Origin: Lingula anatina
Lineage: Eukaryota; Animalia; Brachiopoda
Assembly (NCBI GenBank): GCA_051362555.1
Contig: CM120643.1
Span: 24,432,848-24,496,847 of the forward strand
Direction: 5' to 3'
DNA: 64,000 nucleotides
Shown here: piece by piece, positions 26,499-39,641 of the stretch
How positions within the stretch are numbered: position 1 is the first letter of the stretch
How the letters are laid out: each line of letters begins with the position of its first letter
Translations under genes and position numbers: made by a program
Notes under the pieces: generated by a model
Database searches by the model: none
The model's input: only the letters and a program-made list of their open reading frames with translations
Told to the model about the DNA's origin: nothing

Positions 26499-28247
26499 AG
26501 AGAGAGAGAGAGAAAACATTGTATCAGCTATCTTGAACAGCTAGTATCCATTAAAACCTAAAGTAACTTAGTCCAGGTAAAATCAGGTAAGCAGATTGAC
26601 ACTTAAGGCAAGATCAATAAATGATCCATGCACTGTAAAATGTGCTCCTTGGTGAGATCTGGGCACTAGTACATGCACTTAACAGTAGTTTGCACACCTG
26701 GGTATTATTGCATGTACATGTACCAATATGAGTTAAGGCATTAACACATATATTCTCTATGCATTTTAGTATCAGTTTCCACATGGTTTACAGGCCATGT
26801 TCTATTGTTACAGATAACACGTATCACATAACATCTAAACACAAACGCGTACACACATGTAATTGGAGTTTTAGTGATGTTCAATATTTTTTCAGAAATG
26901 TGGCATTACGTTTATAGGAATGCAAAGTTGAACATTTTCCTTTTTGTCTTTTTCACTACTATATATTATGCTGTCAAAGATTAACATAAGTTACTACCAC
27001 TTCAAAGCTTAAACGCTACTAAGTTAAATAATTACATGATGTAAAACATAATGACTTGTTACAATGTAGGAATATAGCTTTAATAAGTTTTACAAAGTCT
27101 TTGCTTTTCTTTTCAAATTAAATTGAGATTCTATCCCTTAGTCACCAGGTGTCGTTACTGGTACTTCACTTTCTGGGAATTGTAAGCTATGTTCTTATTA
27201 ATAGCAGTTGCCATGCTGACCGAGCACACTTTGTAAAATGACACCAGTTTGGCGCCAGTGGAAGATTTTTATTCAGTGGAAAGCTGAGCAACTAATTAAC
27301 TGGAATATCAGTGTTTCATACGATGCTCCAGTGTCTCCTATTATCCGCTAAAAGAGAACAAAATCAATGACGAGAGGCTCATCTTCTTGGCTTAAGTGTG
27401 AGGAGATTATCGAGGGGAAGTCTTGATATAAAATGAAAAAGCTCACAGTTGCTGTTCATTTAATATGTAGCACAGCCAACTGGTATACGATAATTACATA
27501 TCAGAGGTTGGTGATAAGTTTCTGATTGTTTTAATGTTTAATATTTGTATTATAACCACCTCCCTCTCCCCCTAGCTCCCATCATCCAAACGCCTTTTAA
27601 ACAGATTTATTTCTATAATAAAGATGAACAAATATACAAAATATATAAATTTGAAAGCAGGCGGCAAGTCGCCGCAGCATTATGTGCTCGCCTGCGTTAT
27701 TTTAATTAATTAATTAATAATGATTATATAAAGGTAATAATAATTGTAATACCAATAATAATACTAATATTAATATTAATGAGAACAACAGGGTAGGGGG
27801 GATATATCCAAACACTTTGTCTTTACCTTGTATAATTCTATGGTACGTCGACAAAAAAATATGGTTACTCATGAATAAAGTCTCACAAAATTGCTTAAAT
27901 TGAAGCATGGATGTTTTAAGCTAAATAGTTTACAGTCTAATTTATTATAAATTGTGTGTTATAAATTGTGTAATTTATTTATTTATTTATTTATCAATGT
28001 TTTTTTTTTTATTATTTAATTTTTCCTTCCCCTTGGTTCAGAAATCGAGATAATTGGGGACATTTTGTTTATATGTTATTTTAGTTGAAGGTTGGTTTAA
28101 AGTAATAAATCCTTGTGCCAGTGTCCTAATACTTTAATGCCATATTAAAATTTAATGTCTTGTCCCATAAGAATAAATAAGACACTCAGCATTATTTGAT
28201 ATCATAACGCACATTGAACCTTATATTGCTGGAATTATATTCTCATA

Positions 28248-28298
<51 letters not shown>

Positions 28299-28905
28299 AG
28301 TAATTTTGTTAAATATCCTCTTAATTCTCTCGTGATTTGACCACCGTTAGTTGAAGGAAATGGAAACTGACAAATGTTGACAATCCCAGATGGGACACAA
28401 AGACTACAGAGGCCTGTGAAGTGAGTACATGCCACTGTGGCAGGCCACACAGTCATTTCCATCAGATAGAAAACCAATTTGCAAAATAAGACGAAAGATT
28501 TTCGTCTGATTCAGCGACAGTGCGATCAGATCAGTTAATTAAGAATAATTGCAACCAGGGACCTTATTTGTAGATTTGCTGTTATGGATATTTATGGTAT
28601 CGTAGCATTTCAATCAAATTGTTTTCATTGTAGATTTTTCTTTGAGGGAATCAAAGCAAGTATATCTTTTTCTCATAACTGCGGGAAGAGGAAGGGCGGT
28701 GAATGTAAAACTGCCATAGTTATTTCCATTCAATATCAGCTATGTTTTAATATCTTAAAAGACACTTTCTGTCTAGAAGTCTGTAGCTGATGGTGCGGGA
28801 CTCATGAAAGGAGCCCAGGAGTTGAGCTGTGATTGAAAGTTGCAATATCTTTCTGGGTAACTTAACAATGGGTTGTAGTGAGGGGGAGGGGAGAGCTGGG
28901 ACTTA

Positions 28906-29120
28906 GACCCCATTCTCACAGATTTTAGATCGATCTATCCCTGTGGGGAGTCTCACTAGATTACTGTCAGCTTAGCCAGCTTAAATATCTGTCCCGCCTA
29001 CTAAAAGCTGTAAGGGGGTAATTAACTACTGTGCGCGCTCGGGTGACAGCAATTTAACGTAAACCCCCAGGGAGTTAGGTCGATCTAGATGGATCAATCT
29101 AAATCTATGGGAATGCACTC
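28906..29120. mobile_element. Harbinger-like MITE with TTA target-site duplication
   Basis: TTA|GACCCCATTCTCACAGATTTTAGATCGATCTATC...GATGGATCAATCTAAATCTATGGGAATGCACTC|TTA. Confidence 0.85.
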
Positions 29121-30155
29121 TTACAGAGAAGGGATTTATAACTTGTTCATCTGAACAGCTTCTGAAGCAGAGTTCCTCCCAGGCTTACATACTTGGAAAG
29201 AGAAAGAAATGGGACAGCCCCTGGAAGGCAAGAATATGAGACCTTGATATCTATGTAACCAAATACTCGCAAAGTAGCGACATTGATATGCCTTAAAGAA
29301 ATAATGCATTGCAATATTATATCTCCATTTTGTAGCATAATTTGAAATGGGATGTGATTTGTGGAATAATGGAATTGAACCAAATTAAATCACTTTTCTC
29401 TTGGGATTGGTTTACTTTAATGCTTTGTGTTGCAAAAACAGAAAGAAAACTTTCAAAGATCCCAGTTCATCACAATATAACACTCTAACACTTTTGTTGT
29501 CCCTATTACAAACTGTGTTTCATTTCTGCCATATGTCTTTAAAATAAATTTACACAATCACGGTGCCTATCAATAATACATGCAGCCATTGTTCTCATTA
29601 TACAAGATTACATCAATTTGTGATTCCCATCGCTTCCATTTGTCAATAAAGAGCGGCTTCTAAAGATCCAAGTGTGTGTCAACATATTGAGCACCTACTG
29701 TTGAGCATTGTATTGTCAGTGTATGACAGGTGCCTTGAAAGGTGATTATGTGCTCAGCATGCTTACATAAGAACAGATATATGGTGTCTGCATTTCTATC
29801 CAAGTGTGCAGTCTTGTTAATAAGCTAGAGGCTTTTGTTTTCTAATTATGGCTTTAAAAGGATTGCCACTGATCAGGTTAAAGAAAAAAACTTTTTAACA
29901 TTCTGTGTTCCACATTATTATATATTTTAGTTACAACAAAATAATTTATATTGCTTTTCTTATATCTTTTCAACAGTCTTCAACCTAATAGAAGCAGAAG
30001 TCCTTTTATTGCAGAATTTTTTCATGGGTTTTTTATCCTACTGGCACACTTGGACAAATAAAATCATTTCGTTTTATTTATCCATTCGTCATATAACATT
30101 TATCTAATACATTACGAGAGTGATGTACTATTTAGAAAATCTCTCTGATTTGCAG

Positions 30156-30308
30156 ATTACAAAGAGTATGACAGTTGCGGGGCCAATTTTCTGTGCGACA
30201 ACAAAAAGTGCATTGATGTGGATCTCAAGTGCGATTCAACGGACCACTGCTTTGACAAGTCAGACGAGGCGGATGGCGGGTCATCAAAATGTGTCGACGA
30301 CCCTGGAG
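30156..30308 (+). CDS. CUB-LDLa-TM receptor, exon 5 (LDL-receptor class A repeat)
   Basis: TTGCAG acceptor, GTAGGA donor; CGANFLCDNKKCIDVDLKCDSTDHCFDKSDEADGGSSKC has six Cys and the C.D.SDE signature; phase 1/1. Confidence 0.95.
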
Positions 30309-30393
30309 GTAGGACAATATTTAACTTTGGAAAAACTGTTCAGTATGAGAGCATGCATATGTGGCTTGGTAAAAATATAGTATTTTATGGAAG

Positions 30394-30432
<39 letters not shown>

Positions 30433-31172
30433 GTGTTAAAGAAATTATTGAAGCAGATGTCTTGATATGCCTTAGGGGGCCTTAGGGGAGGAAATACAAG
30501 TAATTAGTCAGAATAATATTTTCATAGCTACTGGAAAAATCAGACATTAGAAATTATATAATAAGGTAATCAAATTGTTACAGTGACAGCTTCCTTTTGG
30601 GTCAATGGTGAAAGTGACTTTATTTGAGAATTCCCCATATGCTTCCACAATGGTTGTATTGACTGAGCACAGAGCACTTTACAAAGCCGCTGATTATTAG
30701 ACAGTCTGTGAGGAGATAGATGCCCAGTTATTATAATCATGGAAGTTCGTCTCATAATTTCTAAATTGAAAGAGTGCAGCACTTACGGGATATGCCCCAT
30801 ATGTTGCCATATTGTGATAATTGGCCTGAAACTTGAAGGCAGTTTGCTGAATTTCTGTAAAAAGTGAAAGAAAATTGAAAACATCTACATGTTATGACAA
30901 ATACTAAATTAGTGTAAACTAGATCCAGTAAACCCCAAAATGACATACATGTATACTAAACAACAAGTTGATGTATGCCAAAGTTCCTTAGTCTAAATGT
31001 GTAGGCATAAGGGAAAAGCATTTGTGCTAGTACTAAACAAATATATGAATAAATAGATAAAAATGAACATTGAAAGATATTTATGATCTTTATTTATCAC
31101 AGCAGATTTTGCCCCCCCTCCCCCCCCCCCCCCCCTCAATGATGCAAATGCATTTTTACCAGTTAAATATAT

Positions 31173-31930
31173 CAGGGATGCTAGTCTTCCGGTTTTTACC
31201 GGAATTCCGGTTTTTTGCGTCCAGTTATAAAATTTTCTGGTACTATATTTTGTTCCGGAATTCTCGTTTTTAACGTGGTCGCGGACTGGACGAACGATGC
31301 GTCAGAGGAACGTCGCATTTCAACCATTGCGACAGAGCTGCGTTTCAACACAATATCTAGTCACAACCGTAGCACGTGATTTATTTATGGCGCTTGATTG
31401 GTTGGAAATGTAGGCTTTAATGTCGGCACCCATGTGGAAAGTTTTGACACCGCGTGCGCGGAATTTTGAACTAAACCAAACTAAATGGATTTCGCGGAGA
31501 GGGGAACAGACGATATTAGAAACATCGACATTACTGTCAAAAATAGATTTAGTTGGAGTTGGCTGGAGGAAAAGGACAATAATGACGATTTTTTTCTACC
31601 TATGTTCGGAAGCGAAAGTCCCCCGGAGAAGCTTGGTGTGTATGGTGCAACGACGTGATCCGGTACGGAAGCAGTGGTAAAAAAGCTCTGAAAAACCATG
31701 CTAAAGCAACTAAGCATGCCAAAGCACGTAGTTGTTGCTTACGTGAGGGATCATTACTGTCTACTATGGGTGGTAGGTGTTTATGTACTGATGGCACTTC
31801 CATCTTGTCAATGTCAAGATTATCCTTGGAAACAACTGTTGAAAATTACCATGAAGTTGTGATGACATATATTGCAATATATTTATTAAATAAAATTTGA
31901 AATATAGTAATTGTTTCATAATCAATTTGT

Positions 31931-31972
<42 letters not shown>

Positions 31973-32024
31973 CTTTGCCAAAAAAAAGTTCAGGTTTTCT
32001 TTCCGGACCCCACTAGCATCCCTG
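31173..32024 (+). mobile_element. Non-autonomous hAT element with transposase 5' remnant
   Basis: 13-bp TIR CAGGGATGCTAGT/ACTAGCATCCCTG; 8-bp flanks AAATATAT/ATATATAG (6/8 match); subterminal TTCCGG repeats; internal C2H2-type zinc-finger coding remnant. Confidence 0.85.
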
Positions 32025-32468
32025 ATATATAGCTATAAATGTAATATGTATACAAGGAAATGTATGGTTTTATGATGTATCTTGTAAACATTGCATTTAG
32101 AGGTAAGCTTGAACATGGTGTAGGATGTGCAGTACATTGTCTCATCCCTGAAGGCAGTTGATGCCTGGATAACTGGGTTTTGGTTGTTGGCCTTCTTCCT
32201 TTTGCCAAGGGTGGAAAAAGAACGTGCCATATGCTTCTCGACCTAATGGAGCACAAGATATTTTTGTCACAGCATGAAATACAGGCTTGTGGCCAGCAAT
32301 TTTGAAGGATGGGCTGGGGGGGGGTCTTTTTCTGAAAAAAAGTGGACCTTTTTACCCCTTTCATTCAATGTGAAATCATGTAAAACCTGGAATAAATATT
32401 TGATTCAAAGTGAACCTATTCCTTCTTTCGAACCCCAAACCTTTTGTCTTCTACAAGCCTCTGACAAG

Positions 32469-32514
<46 letters not shown>

Positions 32515-33053
32515 GCACACACACTTTTGTTTGTATCAGAAACATGCAGTGAATTCTTCACTTATACTTTCATTTACTTATATTTTAGGTGACATAATAC
32601 ATAATATCATATATTGCATTTGGCACTAAGTAGAAAATAATTTGGCGGCTATTGGATATACTGAGGAAGTGTACACAGTATATTTGGAGACTGTCTGTGT
32701 TGCTCTAGGCCTTTTCCTTTGGGGGGAGGGGGGCATGAGTGACATGGGACAAATATATTTGCAATGTCATAAGTAAAAAAATCAATATCTAACTCAAAGA
32801 GTATGTAGTCCATGCAAATAAAAGTGTATAGAATGCTACTGATGCCCAAGAATGGCTAATTTCTATCAGTATAATTTGTTTCTTTACTTAATAGCTGGCC
32901 CAATCTAAACCTAATTAAAATTAGGCTGCCCAGTGTACAGGTGTCCTTAAACTGAAGACTGTATAGCAAAAGTAAGCAGCTCAAAGATAAGAATATACTG
33001 TACTAAAAGTATATTTGGCCAAAATGATGTGCATTTCCATATTCCAATAATGG

Positions 33054-33054
<1 letters not shown>

Positions 33055-33131
<77 letters not shown>
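33055..33131. repeat. (TA)n microsatellite (similar tracts near 47197, 54798, 58248, 58646)
   Basis: Direct reading. Confidence 0.95.
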
Positions 33132-33133
<2 letters not shown>

Positions 33134-34950
33134 CTTCCTTGATCTGCAACTATCAAAGATTTGGTTTATTTCATAATTACAGGACATGGTCTCATTCCAA
33201 GTTTTTATTTCTGTTATTTAAGAGTAATGTGGAATAGTATACATTTGGTGCTAGCTAGTGATAGTTCCCATAGGCCTGCCATTGATAAGTAGCAGTCTTA
33301 GCCAGGCAGCCAAATGTCTCCTTCAAAAGATGTGGACAATTAACAGTGAATTTGCAAAGAAAGATGGGGTCATCATTTAGCCATCTTCTGTTAAGTATCT
33401 CTTGCTCTCTATGGAGTTTTCATCTTGCATTGAGAACCCTAACATCAGGGGGACAAAGATCCTGAAAATAGACACACTTATTATCTGACTGGGTAGTATC
33501 TGATTTTTTACAGCTTTGAGGAAAATCGGGCATACATGTATTAACCATCTCTGCATTATTCTCTTATTAGTAAAGTTGGTAAGTATGAATCATTATTTTT
33601 TTCTGATAAATCTAAATAAATGGGAAACATCGAATTTCCCAATGTTGCAAACACTTCACCATGCCAACAATGTGTAATGCAAACTCTAATCACCATTCAT
33701 TGACAGTTAACTCTCAGGCATTGTCAAGGTATAAAAAGAAAATAAAAGATGATGGACATCCCCCCCCCCCCCCCCCCCCCAATCACTGGCTTCATCAAAA
33801 CCCCAAAAAAAGTCGCAGGCTGCAGGAAATCTGTCATTCATTGTTAGTATCAAATACTGATTATACATGCACTTTTTCATGGTTACTCAATGTAATGCAA
33901 ACATCAATTGATGCTCACTGACAAACTAAAACCTTCTCCCAGCTGAACACAACATGGCATTAACTGTGTCTGCTTTATCTGCCATCAATCTCTTTTCAAG
34001 AGACAGTATCAATTAATTTTGCAGACTCAAGGAAATGGATAATAATGACCCTCAATTAAACGTGGAGACAAAGAAGAGCAGGGGAATTCTTGTTTCTCTT
34101 TAGTTGGATGCAAATTCAGAACATCTTTTTGATGGGTTATCGGTTGAATTGCTTGAAAGAAAGTTGGCAATTAATTTGATGTGTGCATTATTCTGAAAGA
34201 GTTAGGTTCGTTGTGAGGAAATTGAAGTTGTAAGACTACCCACTAAATTTTGGCCTATTTAAGATCATATTGATTCTGATATGGCTTCTTACATTCTCTT
34301 ACAAGTTTTCGCTCAAAACAGCTCCAGAAAGTTGATGCTTTCATTTCACAACAATATATCCTAATGTGTTTGCCAAGAAATGAAAGAAAATTGTAACCCC
34401 CCCTGGAAAAACATTGATTTTGGGGGGGAGGAATTAAAACTTATTTTGTATTTGCATGAATTGTAGTGGCATTGGACATTTCAATATACTATGAAATACA
34501 ACAGTATTGTTCCTTAATGGAACTTCTGTTTAAATTTTTGTAAGTAAATTTTGGAAATGTGCCATAATTGATATCAGAATGTATAAGAGAAAATATTTTA
34601 TAGAAATAAACAAAAACACAATTGTATGCTGATTACTAAAACAAATCAATATGATCATTATAGGTTTATCTTCCAATATTTTACGTAAAAGCACTAGGTC
34701 TTGAATGCATATCTGTTAATCAAATTATGTTACTCTGTTTGAATTTTTTTTTAGAAAACAATGATAGTGATATAGACATGATACAAATATAATGATACAT
34801 GTACTTAAGCCCTAATCATACAGTAAGCAAAAGGCTCAGTGTAAATGCCATTATGCTCAAAATATAGGTGGGCTCAGCTAATGGAAAAAGTTGAAGCGAT
34901 CTGAGCTATGGACTGAGCTACTAGCAAACGGCTCACAGTGTGGGCATATT

Positions 34951-35228
34951 GCTCACAGTGTTTGCTATGGGCTCATATACTGGCATAACGCTCACAATGT
35001 CAGCTATGGGCCCAGATACTGGCATAATGCTCACAATGTCAGCTATGGGCCCAGATACTGGCATAATGCTCACAATGTCAGCTATGGGCCCAGATACTGG
35101 CATAATGCTCACAATGTCAGTTATAAGCCTAGATACTGGCATAATGCTCACAATGTCAGCTATGGGCCCAGATACTGGCATAATGCTCACAGTGTCAGCT
35201 ATGGGCCCAGATACTGGCATAATGCTCA
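34951..35228. repeat. 39-bp minisatellite, about 7 copies, in intron 5
   Basis: Unit GCTCACAATGTCAGCTATGGGCCCAGATACTGGCATAAT. Confidence 0.95.
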
Positions 35229-38200
35229 TGATGTGCTGACACTTCAAGTCAATAGCTCAGCCTACATTGTATAAACCAGTGTGGGAGCCCATAGCTGCTG
35301 GCCTCACAAAGAAAAAGAGCTCATCCTGCGTGCAGTGGGCTATTGTTCGGGTGACCTGTGGAAGAGGTTATTGATTTGTGAAATGTAAGGAAATGATCTG
35401 CGACTGTAAAGTTACTCTCTGTCTCTGTCAGTCTTCCCGGGGGAATGTAGACTAAACCCCCGATAAAGCTTTGATATCAGCAATTAATTGACTTATCATG
35501 AGCAATGCCAAAGTTAGAGAAGTATTTTTATTTGTAATGGAAAAGATCGATCGCAAGGTTCCAGAGAATCAACAGTATATTGCATCCTTTTACAGTTGTT
35601 GCAATTTAAGTCTACTATAGTGCATATGATAACATTTATTTCTTGCAATCAGAAGTAGGCGGATTGTAGGATGAAAAATGGACTATTAAACAAGCAATAT
35701 AAAATATAATGAATTATAGATAAAATGAATTAAGAAGTATTTTGTAGAAAGTTTTGAATGAAAGTTATGGGTAGTCAAGTATTTTGAATGCATTCTGTCT
35801 CATCCATCAGCAGAGATGAGAATCTTTCAATAAGTTGATTTTCCCTTCTTAAACAAAAAAAAATAATAATAATAATCTGTTGCTCTTGGCTAAATTTCCC
35901 CCTTTATTGTTATGTAAATAGCATATCTATTCTATATACATGTTTATTGCAGTGCCACTAATTTGTTTTAGTGTAGGTAAAGAGAGAAGGTTGGCAGATT
36001 TACACATACTGTTTTATTGCTATTTCCCAAATGTAACCACAAAGATGAGTTAGAATAACTGGTGATTGGAAGATAAGGAGCATATATACATTGTCACCCA
36101 CTGTCTGTTAGATAACTGTTGATACACAGTATATCAAACAAAGAAAATCAATACCTTATTGGACAGATACTGGATCATAATACCACTGAGCCATTTCTTC
36201 CTACTTTTTTTATGACTTAAAAACATGCATTTTATTAAAAACTGTAACTTTCAAGTCACTTAAAAGTATGATACATTAGATAAATGCCCCCCCCCCCCCC
36301 CCCCAAAAAAAAAAAATATATATATATATAAACAATCTCATGTCCTGCTATTTTAAAATGGAGAAATCTTGGTAGTGCACTGGTTTAAGCCTTCTATCAT
36401 ACCATCAGCTCTAACTGTGCTGACAGCTACATCACGCACAATCAAATTAACGTGAACAGTAATTTTGCTAATCAGGCGAGAAAAAAACTGAGTCATCTCA
36501 TCAGTGAGCAATTTCTGAGAAATTTGTGGTTTTGAATTACAAATTGGAGAACAGGGTGACATCATTTGCATGAGGAGCCCCAGAAGCTACTTAAACACTT
36601 GGTTGCCATGTAAACTACTTTAATTTGATGCAATTATTTCCGAAAACAACTAAAACATAGTACTAGTATAATGTTCAGATTACACTGTTTCTCAAAGGTA
36701 AGCCTGTAACAAAAGTAAATTACCACCATTTTTGCATTAGTTGTTTTGATAGCAGTAGCTGAATCAAACACAAGTGGATCCCGGATGAGCAAATGTCTTT
36801 GCATACACACACACACACACACACACACAGAGGGTTAACAATCCCACAATTCAGTTCAAAGGGTGGCTTATATCAAAGGAGAAAGATGGTTTTCTAAACA
36901 TTGTGCAAGATATTTTATCACGTTTTTTTTTTTATAGATACACCAAATGTATAGCATATAGTGCCATCTTGCATAATAACAGAGTTGATCTGGACCTTGG
37001 GAAGTCTCTGTCATTCTTGAAGTTATGTTTCATTGTCATTGTAGTCAAAACATGGACAAATAAACTTTTCATAAACTTTTCATTTATTCAAGGGTGAAAT
37101 GATTTTATTGCATGACAGAGACATTGTTTTGATAAGAAGAATATATCAGGTAACAAAAATCCTGTTCTCACTCTTACTTCTGCCCAAGGACCTTCTTGCT
37201 CACCTTATCTATGGCACTTTCATGTTGTCAAACACCAAATGAAGTTTGCAATGAATTCATAATGGGAATAGATCAATAGAATTCATAAAATATGGTCTCT
37301 TTTTAGCTGAGTTTGTGCTTTAATGATATCATCTGCCAGTGTTATGAATTCAAATACTTTCGTTAACCCTGAAGCGTGTTGAGCAAACATTTGTCATGAG
37401 TTTCAGTCTGATACTATTGATTGCAAAAGGAGTTTGTTTTAGTGCATTTTTCATACTCACTAGGTTAACTATTTTCATCAATGAAGAAGAAAATGAAAAT
37501 GTGTCTCCTCCTGGGAACATGTAATTATAGCAATAACGAGTGAAATTTTACTGTTAATGTGATGAACAATGCAATTAGATTTGTTTGTTGCATGCATGTA
37601 ACTGAATTGAGGAAATGCATTTAGTGGTCTGCATAAAGTGCTACTAGATTATTATTTTTTTTCATATTTGTCTTATAAATGTTTCTTACTGATTTTGAAA
37701 TATTGAATGCAGATCTCTCATCTTATCTATGAGGACTTTTAAGGGCAGTCATCAGTTTGTCAAGATTAACAGTCAAAATTCTTGGCGGACACTTTCAAAG
37801 TGCAGTCTTCTTTTTCTGAACAAGAGATTCTTTTTATCCTGATTGTGTTGTAGATTCTAGGTCAAATTTTATACAGAGCAAGCCTTTCTTCTGATCAAAA
37901 AGGTGTTTCATTTGAAATCCCCCCCCCCCACCTCCCAAGTCAAGTACACTGTGCATTAAAAGTAATCTGTTAGTAAGTAGTGCTTCATTGGAAGTATGAT
38001 TGTGGTAGTTGAGATCTGGTTCAATTGTATCTGATTGTGTTCACAACCAATTGTGTTTCTCTAAAGCACTAAGACTTGTCTGCTTAGGATTGTATTTTTA
38101 TCATATAAGTATTTCTGAATAAAAGAAAAAATGGATTTTAATTTGAATGAAAATGTATTTATTTGCATGAAATTTTGACTAAAATCAAAAAAAACATATT

Positions 38201-38248
38201 GAAGTTTAACCAAGAGATATATTTAATCTATTCTGCTTAATTTTCCAG

Positions 38249-38488
38249 GAAGTTTGAGCATTTGGGAGCAGTTTCTATCTATGGGAGTGACCGCCGCAGT
38301 GGTCATTACAGTTGGCAGCCTTCTCGTCCTCATTCTATGCATTGTAGCGATCACGTGCTGCTGCTGCCGGAAAATGCGCAAGAAAAGGGAGGAAGACGAA
38401 GCCACGGTGACGTCAGCAACGGCTGTGACCAGAGGAGGGGGTCCACAGTTCCCAAGTAATCAACAACCCCAAATTATGATCACATATG
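38249..38488 (+). CDS. CUB-LDLa-TM receptor, exon 6 (transmembrane helix, Cys cluster)
   Basis: TTTTCCAG acceptor, GTTTGT donor; AAVVITVGSLLVLILCIVAITCCCC followed by RKMRKKR; phase 1/1. Confidence 0.92.
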
Positions 38489-39297
38489 GTTTGTGTTGCT
38501 TTTTGCTGCTTTCTTTTCATTTGCAAATGCTATAAATGTTGATGTGAGTTTTTGTTTTTGTTTTTTGAATAATAATTATAATAATGGCCATTCTCAGAAT
38601 TTTTTGTTTTGCCGTTTTTGTGTAGATATTATGAATATGAAAGATAAACTGTGGATGGGATATCTGTGTATGTCCATAGTTTACATGTCGTACTTTGTTG
38701 CCCACCCTGATGATTTTAATTCTCTGCTGCTGTTGCAACTAATTACAAAGTGCAATAAGATTTTAGGATAACAACATTTCCTTTATACTGTGTAGAAAAC
38801 TAATCCTGGGCCAGTATTTGTGTGTGAGTGCCATATATATGTGGTTTTGTTCCTCAAATTGAAGTGTAGAGGTCATTGCATTAATAATTCATCAGTTTTC
38901 CTATTCATTATGCATCTATATAGTTGAACTGGTTAAAAGACAATTTTAATGGTTTATACATTATTATTTGATTATTTGCACTAGAGCATTCAGTTGTATG
39001 ACACACATTCACTTCTCTGATTTAGACCTAGTTACACCAAAATCATCAGTGTGACAATATATGTTACCAAGTTTTTTTTATTTCATTTTCCACAGAACTT
39101 TTTTTTGTAGACCAATGAATTCATATGAAATCAGTGAGATATTTATAAGTACAGTGTTTTCTTAAAATCACAATTTTCTACACTAAAAGCAGTTTTTGGC
39201 TTCCCTCCATAGATCTCAGCCTTGGGTTGATCATCATATACCAATCAAGGTAAGCTGCACATTTTATGTAGATTTTGCTCTTTCTCTTCCTCACTAG

Positions 39298-39641
39298 GTC
39301 CCAAGCCCGGGTTTGGTCCGGTTGCGCCAGCTCATCCCCACTTTGCTCAAGCTGGTGGATACCAGCCCATGCAAGCCACTCAGTGCGCCGCGCCAGGCAT
39401 GTATCTCAACCAAACAGCCATGATGTACGCAGCGGCGGGGGCAACCAACTCGCCGTACCACAGGGACGGAGGTGCCTTTTCCAGTTCTCAAGATAGCTCC
39501 ACTGGCTACTCATCGCAACCACCAGCGCGCACCCAACGTTCATATACCCCCACCAGTAGTAGGTCAAATCAATCGAATAGCCACAGCAGCGTAACGTATA
39601 GTAGTAATACAGATAAAGTGACCATGCCTGTACACTTATAG
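39298..39641 (+). CDS. CUB-LDLa-TM receptor, exon 7 (cytoplasmic tail, stop)
   Basis: Pyrimidine tract + TAG acceptor; in frame with ORF 39369-39641; P/Q/S/Y-rich tail ending DKVTMPVHL*. Spliced CDS totals 1236 nt (411 aa). Confidence 0.9.

Noticed and set aside
34891-35274. Repetitive ORFs (YWHNAHNVSYGPR)n on both strands
   Set aside because: A 39-bp unit is a multiple of 3 and stays open by chance; intronic, with no splice support.
39213-39249. Possible extra exon with AAG|GTAAGC donor before exon 7
   Set aside because: 37 nt would shift the frame, the 30-nt alternative has an in-frame TGA, and the downstream intron would be only 48 nt.
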